NCBI GenBank assembly: GCA_050011835.1
Contig: JBEKII010000001.1
Location: 22,473 to 86,472 of the forward strand
Length of the DNA stretch: 64,000 nt
Reading direction: 5' to 3'
From: Minisyncoccia bacterium
Lineage (GTDB): Bacteria; Patescibacteriota; Minisyncoccia; Phycocordibacterales; Phycocordibacteraceae
Both the position numbers and the translations under genes were made by a program. Positions 7,613 through 16,438 of the stretch are shown here, piece by piece (the first letter of the stretch is position 1; the number at the start of each line of letters is the position of its first letter). The notes under the pieces were generated by a model. The model was not told where the DNA came from, ran no database searches, and saw only the letters and a program-made list of their open reading frames with translations.

Positions 7613-9223
7613 ATGAATAAAGATACCAATAAAATCAAATACTTTATTTACGCCCGAAAGTCATCGGAGAGCGAAGACCGACAGGTGCAATCTATTGATG
7701 ACCAAATAAATCGGCTCAAAAAGTTTGCCAGCGATTTTAATCTGGATATTAAAAAGACCTATACCGAGGCGAAATCGGCAAAGAAACCGAATAATCGCCC
7801 TATTTTTGATGAGATGATGGAGCGGATTGAAAAGGGCGAAGCGGACGGAATTTTATGTTGGCAGATAAATCGTCTCTCCCGTAATCCAATTGATAGCGGC
7901 AAATTAAGTTGGTTCCTGCAACGAGGAATACTTAAATCAATCCAGACCATAGACCGTCAATATCTACCAGAAGACAATGTATTGATTTTCAGTGTTGAAA
8001 GCGGTGTAGCCAATCAATACATTTTGGATTTAAGCAAGAATACCAAACGGGGTATGCTCTCCAAGCTTGAAAAGGGTTGGCAAACGGGAATAGCACCGCT
8101 TGGCTATCTCAACGATAAAGAAAATAAAATTATCATCAATGACCCAGAACGATTTAACCTTATCCGCAAAATGTGGGATTTAATGCTTACAGGCAGTTAC
8201 ACACCACCAAAGATTTTGGATATTGCGAATAAGGAGTGGGGTTTTCGGACAAGGAAGTTTAAACGAATGGGTGGCAATGAATTATCCCGAAGCGGTATCT
8301 ATAAGATTTTTACGAGTTTGTTTTACGCGGGGATAATTGAAAATGCAGGGGTGCAATACGAAGGACAGCACGAAAAAATGATTACGCTTGAAGAATATGA
8401 CCGAGTGCAAATGCTTATTGGCAGAAAAGGTAAACCAAGACCAAAACAACACAAGTTTGCTTTCACTGGGTCTATACGGTGTGGTGTATGTGGCTGTCTT
8501 TATACGGCTGAAACAAAGAAAAGAATACTAAAATCAGGAGAAATACACGAGCATACTTATTATCATTGCACGAGGAAAACAACAAAGATTAAGTGCAATC
8601 AACGGAAAAATATCCCAGAAGGCGATTTGGAAATAGCCATTGAGAAGGAGATAGAAAAATACACCATCCTGCCAGAGTTCTTGCAGTGGGCATTAGAGGG
8701 ATTAAATAAAAAGAACGATACCGAAATTGAGGACAGAACGAAGGTTTACGAAATGCGACACAAAAATTTGGTAGAAACCCAAAAGGAGTTGGATGAGCTT
8801 ACTAAAATGAGATACCGCCAGTTGATTGATGACGAAACCTTTATCAAAGAGAAGAACACGCTCCAGAGCAAAATCACCCAATTCAAAGAAAATCTGCGAG
8901 AAACAGAAACGCGAGCCGAGAAATGGCTTGAACTTACTGAAAAGACATTTGCATTTGCCGCTTATGCACGCAAAGCATTTACTACTGCAAAAGGAAAAGC
9001 AGGGTTAGAACTGAAGAAAGAAATCTTATTAGCACTCGGTAAAACGCCGATAATTAAAGACCAGAAGCTGATTATTGAACCGAATGAGTGGTTTGCAGAG
9101 ATACAAAAAAGCTATCCTGCGTTGGAGAGAGAATACTTAAGGTTAGAACCGAAAAATCCCCTTGTAAATCAAGGAGATTTTCCGATTTCTGACCCTATAT
9201 TCCGAACCGTGCTCCGCGGGTAG
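7613..9223 (+). CDS. Large serine recombinase (integrase) of the element
   Basis: Resolvase-type catalytic N-terminus YFIYARKSSESEDRQVQSIDDQ. Recombinase domain and C-terminal zinc ribbon CGVCGCLYTAE...HCTRK. The last codons overlap the 3' end of tRNA-Asn. Confidence 0.8.
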   Translation: MNKDTNKIKYFIYARKSSESEDRQVQSIDDQINRLKKFASDFNLDIKKTYTEAKSAKKPNNRPIFDEMMERIEKGEADGILCWQINRLSRNPIDSGKLSWFLQRGILKSIQTIDRQYLPEDNVLIFSVESGVANQYILDLSKNTKRGMLSKLEKGWQTGIAPLGYLNDKENKIIINDPERFNLIRKMWDLMLTGSYTPPKILDIANKEWGFRTRKFKRMGGNELSRSGIYKIFTSLFYAGIIENAGVQYEGQHEKMITLEEYDRVQMLIGRKGKPRPKQHKFAFTGSIRCGVCGCLYTAETKKRILKSGEIHEHTYYHCTRKTTKIKCNQRKNIPEGDLEIAIEKEIEKYTILPEFLQWALEGLNKKNDTEIEDRTKVYEMRHKNLVETQKELDELTKMRYRQLIDDETFIKEKNTLQSKITQFKENLRETETRAEKWLELTEKTFAFAAYARKAFTTAKGKAGLELKKEILLALGKTPIIKDQKLIIEPNEWFAEIQKSYPALEREYLRLEPKNPLVNQGDFPISDPIFRTVLRG

Positions 9224-9283
9224 GATTCGAACCTACAACCAACTCCTTAACAGGGAGCTGCTCTACCATTGAGCTACCGCGGA
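9212..9283 (-). tRNA. tRNA-Asn (anticodon GTT)
   Basis: Reverse complement TCCGCGGTAGCTCAATGGTAGAGCAGCTCCCTGTTAAGGAGTTGGTTGTAGGTTCGAATCCTACCCGCGGAG folds as a cloverleaf. Acceptor TCCGCGG/CCGCGGA, anticodon loop CTGTTAA, T-loop TTCGAAT. No encoded CCA. Confidence 0.85.
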
Positions 9284-9356
9284 ATGCATATTCGTTGAAC
9301 GTTTGTATTCTAGCCCAAACATCGCGCGCCGCAAAGCGGCGCGCTATACTATAAAC

Positions 9357-9845
9357 ATGGTTTTAACGCTTACTAGTTCTGCATTTGAAAATAACGGGGT
9401 CATACCCGCGAAATATACGTGCGATGGAAGTCGTGAACTCTCGCCTCCGCTTATGATTAGTGATGCGCCGGAAGGAACAAAATCATTCGTGCTTATCGTG
9501 GATGACCCCGACATCCCAGAAGTGGTAAAAAAATCTCACGGCCTTGAGGCCTTTGACCACTGGGTGCTTTATAATATCCCCGTGCCAGTGGGTGGAGAGG
9601 TGGAAGTTCCAGCGGGCGCTACCCCCGGCTCTACAGGATTAAACAGCGCCGGCGGTATGAAATACATCAGTCCCTGTCCACCGTCGCAATATGAGCCGAA
9701 AGAGCATCGCTATGTTTTTACTTTGTATGCGCTGAATGAAATGCTTCATTTTCCAAATGCACCGACTGCACGACAAGTGCGCGATGCGTTGACGCCGTTT
9801 TTGCTCGCAAAAACAAAACTTATTGGCCGTTATTCCAGACCATGA
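9357..9845 (+). CDS. YbhB/YbcL-family PEBP (Raf-kinase-inhibitor-like) protein
   Basis: LTSSAFENNGVIPAKYTCDG...SPPL...PEGTKSFVLIVDDPDIP...HWVLYNIP is the PEBP signature. The start is taken at the ATG at 9357. Confidence 0.65.
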   Translation: MVLTLTSSAFENNGVIPAKYTCDGSRELSPPLMISDAPEGTKSFVLIVDDPDIPEVVKKSHGLEAFDHWVLYNIPVPVGGEVEVPAGATPGSTGLNSAGGMKYISPCPPSQYEPKEHRYVFTLYALNEMLHFPNAPTARQVRDALTPFLLAKTKLIGRYSRP

Positions 9846-10204
9846 ATATCACCATCAAGGCAACGAAGTATACATTTACGCCCGAAGACGAAGCATTTAT
9901 AGAAAAGAAGCTCGCGGCTCCTCTGCGTCTTCTTGGAGATGCGAGCGACACGGCGTTACTTGAGATAGAAATAGGGAAAGCGCCGCCAGAAGGACGTTCG
10001 GCAGAACCGTACCGCCTTGTTGCGAATCTTATAGTAGGCGGCAAGGTTTTCCACGCTGAAGCGGTGAAGCCGTCGCCCGAGAGCGCTGCGGACAGGGTTC
10101 GTAGCGAGCTTGAGGCGGAGATACGGCGTTCGCGCGGGCGCGCGCGACGGCTCATCAAGCGCGGTGGCGCGACGGTCAAACGAATGCTGCGCTTCGGCCG
10201 TTAA
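9842..10204 (+). CDS. Ribosome hibernation/RaiA-HPF-like protein (tentative)
   Basis: N-terminus MNITIKATKYTFTPEDEAFIEKKL resembles the HPF/YfiA start (MxIxIxGRHxExTxALRxYxEEKL). Overlaps the previous gene by 4 bp. Confidence 0.4.
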   Translation: MNITIKATKYTFTPEDEAFIEKKLAAPLRLLGDASDTALLEIEIGKAPPEGRSAEPYRLVANLIVGGKVFHAEAVKPSPESAADRVRSELEAEIRRSRGRARRLIKRGGATVKRMLRFGR

Positions 10205-10207
10205 AGT

Positions 10208-10283
10208 TCGCCGGCAAACAAAAAAAGAAAACGCTCGGGCCGCTAGGCCAATACTACATACTTTTTCTTGTTTGCCGGCTCTC
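10208..10283. terminator. Long inverted repeat between convergent genes (probable bidirectional terminator)
   Basis: gccggcaaacaa...ttgtttgccggc forms a 12-bp perfect stem. Its loop holds the inner palindrome gggccgctaggcc, and A/T runs flank both sides. Confidence 0.4.
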
Positions 10284-11180
10284 TGTATATATTATTTCGT
10301 GTTTCCCCTCGGGAATAACGCGCTCAATGATGAATTTTTCGTTTTTGAATGAAGCTGCGGTTATTTTAATTCTTTTTCCATTTTCTATAAAATATGTGCC
10401 AATAGTGTCGGCGTACGTGCGATATTTATTCCAATTTTCTTGCGCCGTCGCAGTGAGCGACAAAAGGCCGTCTTCTTTTTTAATTTTGTGCGCATACGAA
10501 ACTTGCGAGGAATCCTGCGCGATTGGTGCGATGTCGCCGCACAGATATGCGGGAAGGGTATCAACGAGCAGTTGTGCGCCTTGAGCAATGAGTCGCGGAC
10601 GCACCTCGCGCGCAGTCTCGTTTGGAGCGATGTCCATTTCTTTTTGCGCAAGAATCGCACCCGCATCAATTTCGTGCACCATCTCCTGGATGGTTACTCC
10701 GGTTGTTGAATCACCCGCGAGAAGCGCGGATTCAAGCGGCGTCGCGCCGCGATACTTGGGCAAGAGCGAATAATGAACATTAATGACGCCTTTAGGGAAA
10801 GCGGCGATAAGTTCGTTGGAAAATATTTTGCCGAATGCGACCACAATTGCGTAATCGCATTTATAGGCGCGAATCGCGGCAATTGTCTCGTCATCAAGAG
10901 TTCTCGGTGTGAGAACAGGCATGTCGTGTTCGAGCGCAAAAGTTTTTGTTTCAGAAGGCGCGAGCGCGAGCCCGCGGCCCTTAGGAGCATCCGGCGAAGT
11001 CACGACGACGGCGGGCGCGAAGCCTCGTTCAATAAGCACTGCAAGCGTGTCGCTCGCCACGGCGGGAGTGCCGAAAAATGCGAAGCGAAGCGAAGTCCCT
11101 TCACTCGCTTTCGAGTGTTGCCGGACGAATTTAAGAAGCGGGATTTTGGTCATGGGTGACGTGAACGAGATGTTCAGCAT
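10254..11180 (-). CDS. fmt: Methionyl-tRNA formyltransferase
   Basis: LRFAFFGTP...VVTSPDAPKGRG...INVHYSLLPKYRGATP. Classic def-fmt pair. The true start may be the internal ATG at 11153. Confidence 0.85.
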   Translation of the reverse strand: MLNISFTSPMTKIPLLKFVRQHSKASEGTSLRFAFFGTPAVASDTLAVLIERGFAPAVVVTSPDAPKGRGLALAPSETKTFALEHDMPVLTPRTLDDETIAAIRAYKCDYAIVVAFGKIFSNELIAAFPKGVINVHYSLLPKYRGATPLESALLAGDSTTGVTIQEMVHEIDAGAILAQKEMDIAPNETAREVRPRLIAQGAQLLVDTLPAYLCGDIAPIAQDSSQVSYAHKIKKEDGLLSLTATAQENWNKYRTYADTIGTYFIENGKRIKITAASFKNEKFIIERVIPEGKHEIIYTESRQTRKSM

Positions 11181-11682
11181 GGTCAGTGAAGAGCGCGCCG
11201 TTCAAGTGGTCAATTTCGTGCTCAAATATCTGAGCCATAAGGCCGCCGCCGCCACGACTAAATCGTGAGCCATCAAGGCGACGGGCGGCGATGGTGACGC
11301 GTTCATGCCGATTCGTTGTGCCATATACATCGCGAATAGAAAGACATCCTTCTTCTCCTTTCGCGCGCTTGCGGGAGGTCTTTATAATTTCAGGATTAAT
11401 ATATATTTCCACTTCAGGTTTAGGTACCGGTTTTGGCTGGAGAACGGTTTTTTCTTTCGCTGGGACGAGAGGAAGCGTGGCGCGGTCTTTCCGTACGATA
11501 AAAAGACGATAAGAAATATCTACTTGCGGCGCGGCGAGCGCGACACCCTCGGGCTTTACATCAAGTGCTTGGGTCATGTCATCAATGAGGCGCGTGAGCC
11601 ACACCGAGCCGAAGAGCTTCTCCGGCACGGGCTTTGCCGCTTCGCGTAATATTGGCGCACCATCTTGCACGATTTCTCTCAT
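11131..11682 (-). CDS. def: Peptide deformylase
   Basis: GVALAAPQV, EGCLS and HEIDHLNG motifs. Start taken at MREIVQDGAPILRE. Confidence 0.85.
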   Translation of the reverse strand: MREIVQDGAPILREAAKPVPEKLFGSVWLTRLIDDMTQALDVKPEGVALAAPQVDISYRLFIVRKDRATLPLVPAKEKTVLQPKPVPKPEVEIYINPEIIKTSRKRAKGEEGCLSIRDVYGTTNRHERVTIAARRLDGSRFSRGGGGLMAQIFEHEIDHLNGALFTDHAEHLVHVTHDQNPAS

Positions 11683-11787
11683 GTTCTCTAATTGTAGCAC
11701 AGTTGCTCGCAGAAAAAAGTTTTTTGAGAGCGTTTCACTTCGCTGCACTTAGCACATAGCACACTCTCAAAAATTTTTCCCGCTCGT

Positions 11788-12081
11788 TTAGCAGGGCGGA
11801 TGCTTTTTCGGGTCAATCTCCCACCAAAATTTTTTACCGAAGTTTTTTGCTTGGCTGCAAATACTCTTGAGATAATAGAGGTCGCGGGTCGGGATGCCTT
11901 CAAGTTCGGCACCGAGACGAGCCATGGAGAGAGGCGCGAGGCCGTCGTGCGCGCGAGAATAATTCAAGTGGCGGAGGAAGAAACGTATCAATTCGCCGCG
12001 CTCGGTTTTGCGCTTTTTCCCTCTCGGCGCTTCGGCTGCCTTTTTCTCAATGTCGGGAAGGATTTCGCGGATGGATTTCAT
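11788..12081 (-). CDS. Hypothetical small protein, translationally coupled to murA
   Basis: Its ATG sits immediately after the murA stop (TAAATG). A hairpin follows downstream (ttttgagag...ctctcaaaa, 11715-11775). Confidence 0.4.
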   Translation of the reverse strand: MKSIREILPDIEKKAAEAPRGKKRKTERGELIRFFLRHLNYSRAHDGLAPLSMARLGAELEGIPTRDLYYLKSICSQAKNFGKKFWWEIDPKKHPPC

Positions 12082-13380
12082 TTAATTCGTATGCGCTTCA
12101 ATGGAAGCTCCGAGATGTTGAAGCCGCACGACAATATCTTCATAACCGCGATTGATGCTGTAGACGTTGCGGAGCGTTGAATGTCCTTTTGCGGCGAGCA
12201 TTCCGACGAGGATGATAGTCGCGGGCCGGAGCGCCGGCGGGCAAATGACCTCGGCCGCTTTAAGTTCCGTCCGTCCCTCAATTGAAATGCGATGAGGATC
12301 ATGAAGAATAGTCACCGCGCCGAGACGGTCGAGCTCGGTGTAGTAAATTGCCCGCTTTTCATATACCCAATCGTGGATAAGCGTCGTACCTTTCGCCTGC
12401 GTGGCAATAACCGCGAAGAAGGGGAGGTTGTCTATGTTCAGTCCGGGATAGGGGCGCGCGTGAATCTTTTCGGGGAAGGCAGTTAGTTCTGATGGTTCAA
12501 GATGAATGTCTTTTAATTTTGTAATCCCATTTTCTGATAATCGGGGCTCTGATAATGTGAATCGTAACCCCATTTTCTCAAGAAGCAGTAACTCGACCTC
12601 AAGAAATTCTATGGGCGCATTCGCGATGGTGATGGCAGAGCCGGTAATGGCCGCCGCTGCGATGAAGAGCATTGCGTCGGTCGGATCCTCCGCGACGCTA
12701 TAAGAAACATCTTGATTGATAGAAGCGACGCCGCGTACCGTAAGCGTTGTTGAGCCGATGCCGTCAATCGAGACTCCAAGCGCCTTCAAGAAGCCGCATA
12801 CTTCCTGCACCTGATAATTTGCCGAGGCATATTTAATGCAAGATGTGCCGGGGATGCCCGCGGCGGCGAGAAGCGCGTTGATGGTCGCCGTATCGCTTGA
12901 TTCGTAGAGAATCACTTCTGCCGGATGAAGCCCCGCATACGCGATGTGATAACTTTCCGAACGTGCCTCTATCGCAACACCGAATTTTTCAAGCGCTAAA
13001 AGATGCGGACGGACAGAGCGCAGTCCAAGCGTGCAGCCACCCGATTGCGGCAGTTCGAATTTTTTGAACCAGTGGAGCAAAGGACCGATAAACATCAATA
13101 TGCTGCGGGTTTTCATCGCCGCACTCTTATCAATTGATTCCAGATTGATTTTTTTCGGCGGGACAATGACGACGTCGTGTCCACGCCACTTAACACTGAC
13201 ACCGATGGAACGCAGTACCTCAATCAAGCGGTTCACCTCCTCAATTTTCGGAACATTTCGGAGGGTCGTTTGACCGTGATTGAGAAGGGAAGCGGCGAAG
13301 AGTGCGACGGCGCCGTTCTTGGAGCGGCTCGTCGTGACGCTCCCCGAAAGTTTCTTTCCTCCTTCAATGGCGAAATTCAT
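12082..13380 (-). CDS. murA: UDP-N-acetylglucosamine 1-carboxyvinyltransferase
   Basis: MNFAIEGGKKLSGSVTTSRSKNGAVALFAASLL... is MurA-like over the full length. Start taken at the third Met. Confidence 0.85.
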   Translation of the reverse strand: MNFAIEGGKKLSGSVTTSRSKNGAVALFAASLLNHGQTTLRNVPKIEEVNRLIEVLRSIGVSVKWRGHDVVIVPPKKINLESIDKSAAMKTRSILMFIGPLLHWFKKFELPQSGGCTLGLRSVRPHLLALEKFGVAIEARSESYHIAYAGLHPAEVILYESSDTATINALLAAAGIPGTSCIKYASANYQVQEVCGFLKALGVSIDGIGSTTLTVRGVASINQDVSYSVAEDPTDAMLFIAAAAITGSAITIANAPIEFLEVELLLLEKMGLRFTLSEPRLSENGITKLKDIHLEPSELTAFPEKIHARPYPGLNIDNLPFFAVIATQAKGTTLIHDWVYEKRAIYYTELDRLGAVTILHDPHRISIEGRTELKAAEVICPPALRPATIILVGMLAAKGHSTLRNVYSINRGYEDIVVRLQHLGASIEAHTN

Positions 13381-13419
13381 TCCTTCTTGCATACGGAGTA
13401 TCGTACCATTACTATACAA

Positions 13420-14448
13420 ATGATGTCTTTCTTTTCTCCCAAGCTCGGCATTGATCTTGGAACAACTAACATTCTCGTTTTTGTGCCCGGCAAGGGCGTT
13501 GTGGTGAACGAACCGTCGGTCGTTGCCGTGGGAAAAGCGCGTGACAACAGGGGCGGTACGACCATCCTCGCCATAGGCGTTGAAGCGAAAAAAATGATTG
13601 GCCGCACTCCCGACGATATCATCGCTTATCGTCCAATGAAGGACGGTGTTATTGCCGATTATCGTGTCACCGAAGCGATGCTCCGTTATTTTATGAAGAA
13701 AGCGCTTGGACGGAATCCATTCAAGCCGACTGTGCTTATTTCCGTGCCCGCGAGTGTTACCTCAACCGAGAAGCGCGCGGTTATTGAAGCGGCGTTGAAA
13801 GCCGGAGCGCGGAACGCCTACGTGGTAAAAGAGCCTATACTCGCCGCCATCGGCGCAGGCATCCCCATTCACGAACCGATGGGACGCATGGTTGCGGATA
13901 TTGGCGGCGGCACGATAGATGTCGCCGTGATATCACTCGGCGGCATCGTCGCGTCAACGAGCGTGAAGTGCGCGGGGGATCGCCTTGACCGTGCGGTCGT
14001 TGACCACATTAAGAAACAACACAATCTCGTGATTGGCGACAAGACGGCGGAGGATTTGAAAATAAAAATCGGGGCGGCAGTACCGATGAATGAAGAACTT
14101 TCAATGCCGGTCAAGGGGCGCGACCTCATGAGCGGCTTGCCACGCACGGTTGATCTTTCCACTAACGATGTAGTGCAGGCGATGGCGCGGGAATTGCGCG
14201 AAATGACGCAAGCGATACGCAAGGTGCTGCAGGACACGCCACCCGAACTTGCCGCCGACATTATTGACAATGGCATTATCCTCACGGGCGGTTCTTCACA
14301 GTTGCGCCAGATGCCCGAGCTCGTCTACCGTCGCACCGGCGTTGCCGCGAAACTCGCGCAGGATCCGTATTTCTGCGTCGTGCGCGGTACCGGCGTCGCG
14401 CTGAAACATCTGGATACTTATCAAAAAAGCATTTTGGCGAAGCAATAA
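13420..14448 (+). CDS. mreB: Rod shape-determining actin homolog MreB (paralog 1)
   Basis: MMSFFSPKLGIDLGTTNILVFV...DIGGGTIDVAVIS...GGSSQLRQ. Divergent from murA. Confidence 0.85.
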   Translation: MMSFFSPKLGIDLGTTNILVFVPGKGVVVNEPSVVAVGKARDNRGGTTILAIGVEAKKMIGRTPDDIIAYRPMKDGVIADYRVTEAMLRYFMKKALGRNPFKPTVLISVPASVTSTEKRAVIEAALKAGARNAYVVKEPILAAIGAGIPIHEPMGRMVADIGGGTIDVAVISLGGIVASTSVKCAGDRLDRAVVDHIKKQHNLVIGDKTAEDLKIKIGAAVPMNEELSMPVKGRDLMSGLPRTVDLSTNDVVQAMARELREMTQAIRKVLQDTPPELAADIIDNGIILTGGSSQLRQMPELVYRRTGVAAKLAQDPYFCVVRGTGVALKHLDTYQKSILAKQ

Positions 14449-14469
14449 TATTGAAATAGAAAAATCGCA

Positions 14470-14510
14470 TGGCGGAGCTATTTCACACCATGCGATTTTT
14501 AAGGTTCAGA
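14470..14510. terminator. Bidirectional intrinsic terminator
   Basis: aatcgcatgg-...-ccatgcgatt hairpin flanked by A and T runs, between convergent genes. Confidence 0.5.
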
Positions 14511-15039
14511 ACTTGCCGCTTGCGCGGCGCATCTGAACTTTTTTTTGAAACCATTTTCTCCCCCCCAATAAATCAATGAGAGGAAAAAGAAAAATAAGGG
14601 TGATATCCGTCAGCACCTCTCGAGGCCGTGGAATACCACCGGTGCAGTGATGTTTCGCCTTAATCCCGTCGCGGCGGCAGATCCACCACACACGGGGATA
14701 ATGCAAAATTGAAGAAATGATAATCAATTCCGCATTCTTCTTTTTTGCATACTCATTTGCCACCTGCAGCTGTTCTATCGTCTCTTGCCCTTTCTTTACC
14801 TCAACAATGTTTTCTTTGTTGATGTTAATTTCAAGAGCCAGACGATAGAACTCCATTTCCGTTTTCTCCCCGTTAGCCTGAAAAGCGCTGACGAGAAGAA
14901 TTGTCGCTGCTGGCCAATCCTTCCGAGATAGAGACTCAGCTTTTACAAGACCAGTGTACCAATCTTGTTTCTCGGTCGGCCCAAACCGCCCCTTAGAAGA
15001 GGGGTTTTTTATGAGTGGAACTATGATTTTCTCTCGCAC
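14506..15039 (-). CDS. YdcF/ElyC (DUF218)-like protein (tentative)
   Basis: ELIIISSILHYPRVWW resembles the DUF218 core. Confidence 0.35.
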   Translation of the reverse strand: MREKIIVPLIKNPSSKGRFGPTEKQDWYTGLVKAESLSRKDWPAATILLVSAFQANGEKTEMEFYRLALEININKENIVEVKKGQETIEQLQVANEYAKKKNAELIIISSILHYPRVWWICRRDGIKAKHHCTGGIPRPREVLTDITLIFLFPLIDLLGGRKWFQKKVQMRRASGKF

Positions 15040-15157
15040 GGTGTACCCCCCTTTTTTCTTTATTTTGATTCCAAAAACTGTCTAAAACTAACGTAGCATA
15101 TAATTTATATATAGTCAAGCTCCGCACGAGTTAAAAAACACAAGCTATAATCAGCAC

Positions 15158-15865
15158 ATGCAGCGCCTCGATACTCGGCATCTACAACATCACGCGTTTG
15201 TTATTGAGGCGGAAGCAGAGGGGGGAATTAAAGTGGCGCAGATGTGGGCAGAGAAAGAATTGGAAATGAAAGCAAAAGGAAATCCCGATATCGTCATATT
15301 GCGTTATGGGCTTTTTTCAGTTGATGACGCACGCCATATCTCAGAGGTTGCTGCGGGAGCGCCTTTCGCAGGCAACTATAAAGTGCTTATCATTGCCGCG
15401 AGCCGCGCGTATCACGAAGCGCAGAACGCACTTCTGAAGCTTTTTGAAGAACCGCCTACCGGAATGTATCTCTTTTTCATATTGCCGAGTTTGGGAGGGC
15501 TTCTCCCGACATTGCGCTCACGCGTTCAGATTCTGAATTATGGATTTACGGAACCTATAATTCCCGAATCGGCCATTGAATTTCTCAAAGCAACAAAAGA
15601 AAAGCGCGGCACGATAATCAAAAGACTCACGAGTGGGAAAGATGAAGAGGAACGGAGAGAACTCCGTGATGAGGCAATCGCGATAGTGAATGGCATTGAG
15701 ACAGCAGTATACGCGAAATTTAAAAAACAGCGTGGCGGCGAACCCGCCGCGCTCCTTTCGGACATTGCGATTCTGCGCAGCTATCTTTATGATCGCAGTG
15801 CGCCTGTGCGCATGATTCTCGAGCATCTTTCTCTGGTGATGCCGAAGAATCTGTCCGTCAACTGA
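15158..15865 (+). CDS. holB: DNA polymerase III delta' subunit-like
   Basis: LLKLFEEPP and LPTLRSR motifs. Short, reduced-genome type. Confidence 0.6.
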   Translation: MQRLDTRHLQHHAFVIEAEAEGGIKVAQMWAEKELEMKAKGNPDIVILRYGLFSVDDARHISEVAAGAPFAGNYKVLIIAASRAYHEAQNALLKLFEEPPTGMYLFFILPSLGGLLPTLRSRVQILNYGFTEPIIPESAIEFLKATKEKRGTIIKRLTSGKDEEERRELRDEAIAIVNGIETAVYAKFKKQRGGEPAALLSDIAILRSYLYDRSAPVRMILEHLSLVMPKNLSVN

Positions 15866-15886
15866 CGGATTTGATATGATGCACGC

Positions 15887-16438
15887 ATGACATACGATTT
15901 TTCAAAATTAAAAGCAAATATCAAAGAGACCGAGGAATGGCTTACACGCGAGCTCTCGGGAATCCGAACCGGTCGTGCGACGCCGACCTTGCTTGATATG
16001 GTAAAGCCCGAAGCATATGGCGTGCGCACGTCTCTTAAAGAACTTGCTTCCGTCTCGGTTGAAGACGCGCGCACTTTGCGCGTCATCCCATGGGACCGGG
16101 AACTCTTGAAAGCAATTGAAAAGGGAATTACCGACGTGGACCTCGGCGTTGGCGTCGCGACCGATGACCAAGGCCTACGTGTCTCCTTTCCAGAATTAAC
16201 CAGCGAACGTCGTCTGCAACTTTCAAAAATCGCGGGCGATAAAACCGAACAGGCGAGAGTAACATTGCGCTCGCATCGCTCTGACGCGCTCAAAGCGCTT
16301 GATGCGACGGAAAAAGAAGGCGGCAGGGGGAAGGACGAAGTAACGCATCTCAAGGTTGAAATTCAAAAGCTTATTGACGCGGGCAATGACGCGCTGGAGA
16401 GGATTCTTGAGCGGAAGGAAGCCGAGATTGCTCAATAA
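15887..16438 (+). CDS. frr: Ribosome recycling factor
   Basis: GIRTGRATPTLLDMVKPEAYGV...FPELTSERRLQL. Confidence 0.85.
   Translation: MTYDFSKLKANIKETEEWLTRELSGIRTGRATPTLLDMVKPEAYGVRTSLKELASVSVEDARTLRVIPWDRELLKAIEKGITDVDLGVGVATDDQGLRVSFPELTSERRLQLSKIAGDKTEQARVTLRSHRSDALKALDATEKEGGRGKDEVTHLKVEIQKLIDAGNDALERILERKEAEIAQ

Noticed and set aside
7434-7616. 60-aa ORF as a confident excisionase gene
   Set aside because: No SD, overlaps the structured leader, and its composition is unremarkable. It is kept only as a possibility within the leader finding.
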